A DNA stretch of 64,000 bases, taken from Balneolaceae bacterium. Its GTDB lineage: Bacteria > Bacteroidota > Rhodothermia > Balneolales > Cyclonatronaceae. Of this stretch, positions 10,007 to 18,676 are shown in pieces (the stretch's first letter is position 1; every line of letters begins with the position of its first letter). The notes under the pieces were generated by a model that did no database searches, was not told the origin of the DNA, and was given only the letters and a program-made list of their open reading frames with translations. A program made the position numbers and the translations under genes. The stretch covers positions 2,649-66,648 of the forward strand of contig RECM01000121.1 in NCBI GenBank assembly GCA_007694035.1, in the 5' to 3' direction.

Positions 10007-10906
10007 ATGGTTATACTTATTACGGGTGGAACAGGATTTGTCGGGACTTACCTGACAGAGTATCTGCTGTCTAAAGGCCACAAAGTGCGGATACTAACGC
10101 GTAATCCGGCGCGGTACGAAGCACTCCAAAGCGAGGACAGGTTGTATATCAGGATCAGGGAGGACCTGAAACCCGAGATAGAAAGATGTGATGTTGTAAT
10201 CAACCTGGCCGGTGAGAACCTGTTTGATCAGCGTTGGACCAGCCCCGTCAAGAAAAAGATATTGCGGAGCAGGATTGATATTACAAATTCGCTTGTGAAG
10301 GGCATTAAGAAAGCGAAGAAGAAACCCGTTCTGATGATTTCGGCGTCAGGCGCCGATTATTATGGGGATACGGGCGATGAATTAATTACAGAACAGAGCG
10401 CGCCCGGTACTGGTTTTCTTACCGAGGTATGCCTGGCCTGGGAGGAAGCCGCCAAACCTGTTATTGAGCATGGAGTGAGACTGGCAATTCCGAGGCTTGG
10501 CATTGTGCTCGAGAAAGATGGCGGTGCCCTGGGGAAAATGCTCACTCCATTCAAATTGTTCGCGGGTGGCCCCCTGGGCGATGGCAGGCAATATCTGCCA
10601 TGGGTGCACATGAGGGATGTTGTCGGGGCAGCAGGTTATGTAATCGAGAACAAGCATGCTGAGGGGGTTTTTAACCTGTGTGCCCCCGATCCGGTTACCA
10701 TGAGCCGGTTCGCAGCCGCTGTTGGTTCAGCACTGGGCCGCCCATCATGGATACCTGTTCCCGGCTTCGCACTTAACCTTGTACTTGGGGAGGCCTCAAA
10801 TGCCGTTTTGGCCAGCCACAGAATGATACCTGCCAGGCTTCAGGAATGGGGCTATGAATTTGAGTTTCCCGTTATTGAACCAGCTTTGAAAAAAATACTC
10901 GCGTAA
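10007..10906 (+). CDS. TIGR01777/YfcH-type SDR epimerase family protein
   Basis: ILITGGTGFVG Rossmann start and a C-terminal DUF1731-like segment (R..P.RL.E.GYEF.FP). Confidence 0.8.
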   Translation: MVILITGGTGFVGTYLTEYLLSKGHKVRILTRNPARYEALQSEDRLYIRIREDLKPEIERCDVVINLAGENLFDQRWTSPVKKKILRSRIDITNSLVKGIKKAKKKPVLMISASGADYYGDTGDELITEQSAPGTGFLTEVCLAWEEAAKPVIEHGVRLAIPRLGIVLEKDGGALGKMLTPFKLFAGGPLGDGRQYLPWVHMRDVVGAAGYVIENKHAEGVFNLCAPDPVTMSRFAAAVGSALGRPSWIPVPGFALNLVLGEASNAVLASHRMIPARLQEWGYEFEFPVIEPALKKILA

Positions 10907-10940
10907 GTACTGCGAATATCGTGAAAATTCTGTACTGAGC

Positions 10941-13652
10941 TTATTTCAGGTTAATTCTCCAGCAGCGAAGCCCGTCTCGTGTCTGAGCTATCAGATTTTT
11001 TGAACCGTCGCCGATCAGGTCATGTATTACAGGGAATTTCATGCCGGCAGAAGGCAGGTTTTCAAGGCGTTCATCACGGTTTAGGTCCCAGCCGTATAAT
11101 CGTCCAAAACCGGCAACGGCAATTAACTCGTGCCAGCCGTCGGAGTTGATATCTATGAGGAATGGCAGTTCTTCTGAAGATGCAGACTGACCCGTACTTT
11201 TAACATGGCGCAGATGTCCGCTCCGGTTATACAGAAAAACCGAGCCATTGCCGCTCTGTACGATGAAAACTGTTTCCGAATTTACTTTATTGAATTCATC
11301 CCTCAACCTGACGTTGTGAGGCACACCGGCAACGGTAACAGGACTGTTGGCGACCTGTATGTACTGAGCCGAGAAGCCGGGTGTAGTGTTCAGCCCCGGC
11401 TGTGAATCGGATATGGTGTAACCACCCGCATTAAGATCGGGTAAATATGGCCTTACCGTAGCAAGGGTATCACTGAAAAGTGGTATCTCACCCAATGCGA
11501 GTACTTTTCCATCGGCAGTACCGGTAAGCAGGGTATTATTTATGAAAACAGGTGATCCGTTCAGTGATGATGAGGCAAAGAAGGGATAGTTCGTTCTTGG
11601 ATTTCCATTTACTTCCCATGCATGAATGGTATTTTCAGCTATCGCCCAGATACCCCAACGCCCGCCAATATTGGCTGCAACGGGTTTTGTAAGAACTCTT
11701 GCATTCACATTCTGAGGCCAGCCGGTTATGTTTTGTCCACGTCCATTCAAAATGTGAACTTTTCTGTCGGCCGTTGTAACAATAACTTCGGGCAAGCCGC
11801 TGCGGGTAATATCGGCAATCTCGATTGGTGCAGTAATATCTTCGGGCAGTGTAAACGGGAAATTAGGCAAAAGCACTCCGCGGTTGTTCCAGGCATAAAT
11901 TTTGTTACCAGCTGCCATAATAACAGCTTTTTGGTTGTTAGCATACCAATCGTACACAATCGGTGAACCGATCGGGATGTCGGCACCTGTTCTGGCCTGG
12001 AAAAGAATCGAACCGTCGGTGGCAAGGGCCAGAACATCGCCGTTGCTGGTGGCGAACAGAACTTCATCGCGATTGTTGCCCGAGATGTCTGCCTGAAGAG
12101 GTTTGCCTGTAAGATCAGCTTCTTCCAGCGGGTAGACCCATAAATCCTGATAGGGTTCTTCAGACCGCTCCAGCTGATGGGTGCGAAGATCGAATTCGAT
12201 ACCGTTGCGCGAGCTGTTCAATTGCAGTGAAACTGTAGCAATGTCAAACTGAGATGTTAACGCACCCAGAAAATTGTTCTGAGCAAGCATGGGTGCAACA
12301 TAACTCATGAAGTTACTGCTGTTCATATAGATGAAGCCACTCATTTCGTCTGGCAGATTTCGCCGCATGCCAGAGTACCTTTCATCAAAATGCATTACCC
12401 TGCGTCGGGTGAAGTCACCCCGAAGGCGTTGTGCGAGGCCAAGTCTCGGCGAAAGAATCGCTGCCTCGCCCGCATCGAGCAGGTAGAATTCTTCGTAATG
12501 GCAAAAGGGGGAACCAAGAAGTACGGCGAGCATTTTGCTGCGTACATAGAAGGCATTATTATTTCTGATGATGTAGCCATCATTGGCAAGCCGGTTAATC
12601 AACCTGAAAAACTCTGGAGAATTTGACATCCTCCGCAGGTACGCATTTTCCGTTTCGGAAATAAAACCGGCAGTGTAGAAGGCAGTAAATGCGAATTCGG
12701 TGGAAATAGTGGTAGCCAAAGATGCAAACAGGCCGGGATCGCGTGATAACAACGAATCGAGACGGGTTTCCGGTTCAAAACCTGGTTGCAGCCTTCCCGA
12801 CGCTGGTGCGTTAAAAATAGCAAAAGCAGCTGCATCAGATGGGATGTACCTGTCGAGAGTTAACGGGATATTTTCGTTGCTGATTGCTGAAACCATATTG
12901 GACCGGTTGCCATCGGCGAGCGGTATATGACCGTTTATGCGGATATTCTCCCGGTCGGCCTGCCGCGCGGTTGTAAATGTACCAATCTGCAAGCGACCAA
13001 TCCCGGTACCCTTGAAAATATCTTCAATTGCAGGTTTGTATCGAACGGCAGCAATCTGGCTGATCAGGCGATCAAAATGGGGAGTATTCAGGATGATTTC
13101 GCCACGAGTGTGCATGGTGCCCGAAATATTCATCGGCTCTTTCAAACCCGTATAACTGCGGATGGATTCCTCAACACCATAACTGCTTTCCGATATTACA
13201 ATCCAGTTACGCAGCTGGGCCCCAAAAAAAACACGGTTATCCACAAATAGCCGGTATACGGTAACACCCTCAAATCTGTATTGATTTTCGGTAAAGGGGC
13301 GTTGATACAACATTGCGGTTTTCCGGAGAAGGTCGCTGGTTGATGTACCGATAAAAACAGGCTGCCAGTCACTGTTTTTATTAGGATAAAGTAAAACGGC
13401 CTTCACTTCCGTACGGGCAAGAAAGTTCTGATCAAGCCCGCTGAACAACAGAATTGAGGCAGAACTCATTTCATCGAATAAGTTCATATACTGTTTCTGC
13501 AGCAGCACTGCAAGGCTCGTGCCGGGTTCTGCAAGTATTAATGCCGGCGTATCAGCAGGTACTGCATGAGGCCAGTCTTTCTGAGGTACTTTTGAACAGG
13601 CAACAGTTAGAAATAAAAGGGCAATGATTACCGGGGTAAATCTGTTATGCAT
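10941..13652 (-). CDS. large lipoprotein with C-terminal FG-GAP/VCBS-like beta-propeller, function unknown
   Basis: 903 aa. The signal peptide has the lipobox-like LTVAC. The C-terminal half carries repeated blades (ADISGNNRDEVLFAT, ADITRSGLPEVIVTT, DINSDGWHELIAV, DLIGDGSKNLIAQ). The N-terminal half is unassigned. Confidence 0.7.
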   Translation of the reverse strand: MHNRFTPVIIALLFLTVACSKVPQKDWPHAVPADTPALILAEPGTSLAVLLQKQYMNLFDEMSSASILLFSGLDQNFLARTEVKAVLLYPNKNSDWQPVFIGTSTSDLLRKTAMLYQRPFTENQYRFEGVTVYRLFVDNRVFFGAQLRNWIVISESSYGVEESIRSYTGLKEPMNISGTMHTRGEIILNTPHFDRLISQIAAVRYKPAIEDIFKGTGIGRLQIGTFTTARQADRENIRINGHIPLADGNRSNMVSAISNENIPLTLDRYIPSDAAAFAIFNAPASGRLQPGFEPETRLDSLLSRDPGLFASLATTISTEFAFTAFYTAGFISETENAYLRRMSNSPEFFRLINRLANDGYIIRNNNAFYVRSKMLAVLLGSPFCHYEEFYLLDAGEAAILSPRLGLAQRLRGDFTRRRVMHFDERYSGMRRNLPDEMSGFIYMNSSNFMSYVAPMLAQNNFLGALTSQFDIATVSLQLNSSRNGIEFDLRTHQLERSEEPYQDLWVYPLEEADLTGKPLQADISGNNRDEVLFATSNGDVLALATDGSILFQARTGADIPIGSPIVYDWYANNQKAVIMAAGNKIYAWNNRGVLLPNFPFTLPEDITAPIEIADITRSGLPEVIVTTADRKVHILNGRGQNITGWPQNVNARVLTKPVAANIGGRWGIWAIAENTIHAWEVNGNPRTNYPFFASSSLNGSPVFINNTLLTGTADGKVLALGEIPLFSDTLATVRPYLPDLNAGGYTISDSQPGLNTTPGFSAQYIQVANSPVTVAGVPHNVRLRDEFNKVNSETVFIVQSGNGSVFLYNRSGHLRHVKSTGQSASSEELPFLIDINSDGWHELIAVAGFGRLYGWDLNRDERLENLPSAGMKFPVIHDLIGDGSKNLIAQTRDGLRCWRINLK

Positions 13653-13784
13653 AGACGTTATCTTGTGCCATCATTCAGGCAGCTTTTTATATAATCCCGT
13701 ATTGAATTCCATTAATCATAGAAAAACGCTAAACTGCTCGCCGGAGTATTCACGTGATCGGGCTCCTAAGATATTCAAAACCAG

Positions 13785-15905
13785 ATGAGTTTTTTAAATC
13801 CATTTTTATTTATTTCTCTTATTGCAGTATCGATCCCGATCGTTATTCATCTTATCAATCTCAGAAGGCCTCAGAAACTGGCCTATTCGACTGTGTTTTT
13901 TTTCAAGGAACTGCAAAAAAGCACTATCAGAAATTTGAAATTGAAAAAATTGCTATTACTGCTTCTGAGGGTGCTTGCTATTGCTTTTTTGGCGCTGGCC
14001 CTGGCAAGGCCCTTTATTGCACCAAAATTCTCCGGTTTTTCAACAACCGGATCTCCGGTTCTGTTCGGTATCGTAATCGACAACGGTCCATCAATGGGCC
14101 AGATAGACGGTAAAGGGCCGTATATTGAACAGGCAAAGGATGTAGCCAGAATATTAGTGAATCAGGCCAGGAATTCCGACCGGTTTCTGATCTACAGCAC
14201 CCATGGCGAGAACAGATTCAATGAACGGTTATCACCTGCCCAGGCACTAATGGCTATTGACGATATTGAAGTCGAAAATAAGGGTGGGCTGATCAGGAAC
14301 AGATTCCGGGAACTGATAATAAGGCTGGGTGATGATATTGAATACAGAACGGCTCTTTACTGGATAACAGACGCAAGAAAGACGCAGGTATCTGGCCTGG
14401 AAGGATTGGAATGGCCCTCAGAAAGCCTCAGGAACAGGGTACCGGTTCTGCCTGTAATTATCGGGGAGGAACCCACTGCTAATGTTGCCATATCGGCTGT
14501 TGATATTCCGGCTCAGATTATCAGCTATGATAAGCCCGTGGGCGTGAGCGTGGAGATAACCAATTTTGGTACGGTCCCGGCCATCAATCAGTATGTAACA
14601 CTTGAAGCAGAAGGGCGGCAGGCCGGGCAGTATGAAATCAATCTCGGGCCCAATCAGTCGCAAACATATTATTTTGAAAGTATTCCGGGCAAAACAGGTG
14701 ATTTTCGCGGCAAAGTACTGTTAGAAGGAGACCCGGTAAGTTTTGATAATACGCGCTACTTCTCAGTGCGTGTTCCGGAACGAAGGAAGGTACTTCTTGT
14801 GACCGAAGAACAATCGGGCAGTTCATCGTCATACATTAAACCCGTGCTTGATGCGGCAGAACAGACCGGAGCCCATGTTGTTGCTTCCAGGATTAATCTT
14901 GAAGCATTCGCATCCACTGAAATTGATTCTTACGACGCCATCATACTGGAAGGACTTACCGAGATACCTGAGTATCTGCACGGCACATTGCAACGGTATG
15001 TTCAGAATGGTAAAGGGCTGATTGTATTGCCTGGAACACGCACATCGACCACATCCTACAACAGGTTTCTGAACTCCTTCAATGCCGGCAGAATTACCGG
15101 TCTGCGGGGCGATTATGGGCGGTTCGATGAAGTTGCAAGACTTGATCGTCTGGTTGAAGGCCATCCTGTTCTGGATGAAATTTTTGATAAAAAGGAAGAT
15201 GAAGCCATCACAATTGATCTGCCACTGCTCTACTATTATCAGCAGATCGAGACTCCCGGCGGTGGGGGAAGCCAGGTGCTTCTCAGATCTACGCTCAATG
15301 ATCCATTGCTGATTGAATCACGATATGGTGGTGGCAGGCTTCTGTTGTTTGCCCTGAGTGCTGATCCGGGCTGGTCCAATTTCAGTATTAATCCGCTCTA
15401 TGCCCCGTTGTTCTACAGGTCTGTTCTCTATGCTGCCGCTTCTGAACAGGGCGGTATGCTCAAGCATATACTGGGAAGGAGTTTCGATGCCATACTTCCA
15501 CTGAACAATATGGATGTTCAGATTACAGCCGGCGACCAGGTTTTCAGGCCCGAAGCAATCAGAACCCCACAGGGTATCCGACTGCAGTATGCAGCAATTG
15601 AATGGGAACCTGGCTTTTACCGAATTACCGACGGGGAAGTGGAAAGGCTTATGGCAGTAAATCAGGATATAACAGAATCCGACTTCTCAACGTTTTCAAC
15701 TGTAGATTTTGAGAATGCAATCAAAGAATATGTGGATGTGCAGAACGTTATCATGGCAGGCAGATTGTCGGCCGAAGAGTTACTGGCAACCATTCAGGCA
15801 GCCGGATTCGGTTCAGAAGTCTGGATTTGGTTCATTATTGCCGCACTGTTATGTTTGATTGCCGAAAGTATGATTACTAAAATGTATAAAACCGAGAAAA
15901 AATAA
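13785..15905 (+). CDS. BatA-N-terminal-domain protein (double-TM anchor, vWA-like and GATase1-like domains, C-terminal TM)
   Basis: The N-terminus FLNPFLFISLIAVSIPIVIHLINLRR matches the aerotolerance-related N-terminal double-TM domain. It is followed by a vWA-like region with a degenerate MIDAS (VIDNGPSM) and a terminal TM helix. Confidence 0.75.
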   Translation: MSFLNPFLFISLIAVSIPIVIHLINLRRPQKLAYSTVFFFKELQKSTIRNLKLKKLLLLLLRVLAIAFLALALARPFIAPKFSGFSTTGSPVLFGIVIDNGPSMGQIDGKGPYIEQAKDVARILVNQARNSDRFLIYSTHGENRFNERLSPAQALMAIDDIEVENKGGLIRNRFRELIIRLGDDIEYRTALYWITDARKTQVSGLEGLEWPSESLRNRVPVLPVIIGEEPTANVAISAVDIPAQIISYDKPVGVSVEITNFGTVPAINQYVTLEAEGRQAGQYEINLGPNQSQTYYFESIPGKTGDFRGKVLLEGDPVSFDNTRYFSVRVPERRKVLLVTEEQSGSSSSYIKPVLDAAEQTGAHVVASRINLEAFASTEIDSYDAIILEGLTEIPEYLHGTLQRYVQNGKGLIVLPGTRTSTTSYNRFLNSFNAGRITGLRGDYGRFDEVARLDRLVEGHPVLDEIFDKKEDEAITIDLPLLYYYQQIETPGGGGSQVLLRSTLNDPLLIESRYGGGRLLLFALSADPGWSNFSINPLYAPLFYRSVLYAAASEQGGMLKHILGRSFDAILPLNNMDVQITAGDQVFRPEAIRTPQGIRLQYAAIEWEPGFYRITDGEVERLMAVNQDITESDFSTFSTVDFENAIKEYVDVQNVIMAGRLSAEELLATIQAAGFGSEVWIWFIIAALLCLIAESMITKMYKTEKK

Positions 15906-15920
15906 ATTCTGTATGCACGG

Positions 15921-16499
15921 ATGAGCGACCTGAGCACCATATTTAATATACTTCTTGCATTTTTCACGATTGCATCGTGCATTCTTATGTTTGTAACGCT
16001 TACAAATGCCTACCGGCTCAGAAATATTCTGTTGAGCTGGGATTCCGGCAAGTTATTTGGTTTTCCGCTGTTCGCCTCGGTTTTTATGCTTTTTACACTC
16101 GGCATGCTGGCCGGCGTTACAATAATGGGATTATCCGGTTATACCGTGGTTCTGACCTTTTATGTGCTGATGAGTTTTAACTGGCTCATGTCAAGTTATT
16201 TCATGTCAAGGAGATACATCACCGATCACGGGATTGTGAAAAATATAAATGACCCATCCCAGACGATACCCTGGTCAAATGTACACGATCTGGTTGAAAT
16301 AGAACATGATTCGGGTATCAACTTTGCCTTTTTCTACCTGCCTTACAACGGGCCGGGCGATTCAAGACATTGCATCAGGGTTGAATTAAGTGTTCCAAAT
16401 GTGCATCTTGATTCCTTCAGGAAGATCATGGATCACAAACTCGGCCGGCGGTTCAGTAAAAGCCAGGTACCAGTACCGGGTTTCAAACAGATCAACTAA
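15921..16499 (+). CDS. membrane protein, 3 TM plus a small soluble C-terminal domain, unknown function
   Basis: 192-aa ORF lying 15 nt after the BatA-like gene. Hydrophobic N-terminal half; no motif recognised. Confidence 0.5.
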   Translation: MSDLSTIFNILLAFFTIASCILMFVTLTNAYRLRNILLSWDSGKLFGFPLFASVFMLFTLGMLAGVTIMGLSGYTVVLTFYVLMSFNWLMSSYFMSRRYITDHGIVKNINDPSQTIPWSNVHDLVEIEHDSGINFAFFYLPYNGPGDSRHCIRVELSVPNVHLDSFRKIMDHKLGRRFSKSQVPVPGFKQIN

Positions 16500-16547
16500 A
16501 CGGTTTACATATAGATCAACGTTACTCATACCTCATCTGAAAAATAG

Positions 16548-17858
16548 TTGCAAAACAGTACATTTAAAGAGAAAGAACGCGTAATCCTTGTCGGCATCTA
16601 CGGATCAGAGCTTGCCAGGCGGGAGGCAGATGAACACATCAACGAGCTTGAAATGCTGGCGGATACGGCCGGCGGCGTAACGATTCATAAAATTCTTCAA
16701 AACCGGGATAAACCCGATACCCGCACCTATGTCGGAAAAGGCAAACTGACGGAATTGAGCGGTTTTGTGAAATCGATGAATGCTGATGCTGTCATCTTTG
16801 ATGATGACCTTAGCCCGACCCAAATCAGAAACATTGAACGCACCGCCGATACAAAGATCATAGACAGGAGCGGGTTGATCCTCGATATTTTTGCATCAAG
16901 GGCACAGTCGGCTGCATCCAAAACGCAGGTTGAACTTGCCCAGCTTCAGTACCTGCTGCCACGGCTTACCCGGTACTGGACTCACCTTTCCAGGCAGAAG
17001 GGTGGAATTGGTACCAAAGGTCCCGGTGAAACGCAGATAGAAACAGACCGCCGGCTTATTGGCAAACGGATATCCACACTGAAGGAAAAACTCGAGAAGC
17101 TCGATCAGCAGAGAACAACTCAGCGCAAACGCAGGGAAGATACCACGCGCATTGCACTGGTTGGTTATACAAATGTCGGGAAATCATCTCTGATGAATGC
17201 CCTTACATCTACGAATGTACTGGCTGAGAACCGGCTTTTTGCAACGCTCGACTCGACCGTTCGCAAACACCGTTTTGGGAACCATCCCGTATTGATATCC
17301 GATACGGTTGGTTTTATAAGAAAACTGCCTCACCATTTGATTGAAAGCTTTAAATCCACACTTGATGAAATCCGTGAAGCCGATATACTGATCCACGTAA
17401 TTGATGCATCCTCACCGTTTTCAAAAGACTATATCGCCATAGTGAACGATACACTTAAAGGTATAGATGCTGACCAGAAACCGGTTCTGATGGCCTTTAA
17501 CAAGGTGGATATGGTAGATGCTGAAGTTCTTGCTGACCTTAAAAGAACGCATGAAAATGCTGTCTACATCTCAGCAACACGGGGTATCGGATTTGAAAAA
17601 CTTGAAGACAGTTTAAAAGTAATGATTGGTGAGCGTTTTGTGGAAACCAACCTCAGAATACATCCCAAAAATTATAAATGCGTATCATTTATACATGAAT
17701 TTGCAGAGATCAAAGAAAAAAAGTACCATGAGGAGTGGCTTGATATCACGTTCGTGATGAACAACATCCATTACGAGCGTCTGAAACATCTCTTAAAAGC
17801 GACCGATTTTGAAACGTTTGATGTTAATAAGAGTATACACTCGATAGAAAACACCTGA
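16548..17858 (+). CDS. hflX: GTPase HflX
   Basis: HflX N-domain, then G-motifs [20 protein letters not shown] and NKVD. TTG start. Confidence 0.9.
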   Translation: MQNSTFKEKERVILVGIYGSELARREADEHINELEMLADTAGGVTIHKILQNRDKPDTRTYVGKGKLTELSGFVKSMNADAVIFDDDLSPTQIRNIERTADTKIIDRSGLILDIFASRAQSAASKTQVELAQLQYLLPRLTRYWTHLSRQKGGIGTKGPGETQIETDRRLIGKRISTLKEKLEKLDQQRTTQRKRREDTTRIALVGYTNVGKSSLMNALTSTNVLAENRLFATLDSTVRKHRFGNHPVLISDTVGFIRKLPHHLIESFKSTLDEIREADILIHVIDASSPFSKDYIAIVNDTLKGIDADQKPVLMAFNKVDMVDAEVLADLKRTHENAVYISATRGIGFEKLEDSLKVMIGERFVETNLRIHPKNYKCVSFIHEFAEIKEKKYHEEWLDITFVMNNIHYERLKHLLKATDFETFDVNKSIHSIENT

Positions 17859-17869
17859 CAACTGATGCA

Positions 17870-18538
17870 ATGAGGATTTCAGAACTCATAAACGACAAGC
17901 TGATACCCCTTCGTACGATGGATACGGTTTCATCTTCTATGCAATCCATGCTGGATAACAAGGTGAACAATCTGCCTCTCATCGATTTTACCACCAAGAA
18001 GCTTATCGGTGAAGTACTGATGCAGGATCTAGAGCTTGTAAGGCGTAAAGATTCCAGTGTTATGATGCACCGTAGTGAGCTTGTAGCCAAGGTATCGGCA
18101 GATCAGCATATTTTTGAGGCGGCCCGTATTCTTTCAAAATTCAACCGCCAGGTTGTGTCGGTTCTTGATCAGAGTGGTAATTATTTGGGAATTGTGAGTC
18201 GCAGGGATGTGCTGGAAGCGTTGGCGGGTATTTTAAACCTGGCTGAATTGGGTTCAGTGATTACCATTGAACTCAATGATAAAGACTTTGTACTTACGGA
18301 TATTGTCAGGATCATTGAACTGGAAGGTGCAAAAATCCTCGGGCTAACCGTTGAACATCCAGATGAACAAAACGACAGGTTTAGAATTTCGCTCAAATTG
18401 AATCTCGACGATCTTACGAAGGTGAATGCCGCACTGCGCCGTTACGGTTATATTATTACACTTGAAACCAAATCGGAAACAAGCGATGTTGAGTTTCTCG
18501 ACCGGGCCGATGAATTTATCAGGTTTCTCAATATCTGA
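17870..18538 (+). CDS. CBS-pair domain protein
   Basis: 222 aa with two CBS-like repeats followed by a small C-terminal domain. Confidence 0.7.
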   Translation: MRISELINDKLIPLRTMDTVSSSMQSMLDNKVNNLPLIDFTTKKLIGEVLMQDLELVRRKDSSVMMHRSELVAKVSADQHIFEAARILSKFNRQVVSVLDQSGNYLGIVSRRDVLEALAGILNLAELGSVITIELNDKDFVLTDIVRIIELEGAKILGLTVEHPDEQNDRFRISLKLNLDDLTKVNAALRRYGYIITLETKSETSDVEFLDRADEFIRFLNI

Positions 18539-18676
18539 TTAGTTCGAACAATAAAATTCTTCCTGCCGCATTAAGAATCAGGACGTATTAAGAACACTTT
18601 TTACTGCGTTGATTGTTATATTTGCACCTTGATGATTTGAAGACTGTTATACGAACAACCTAATTCCCGCCCCGCC

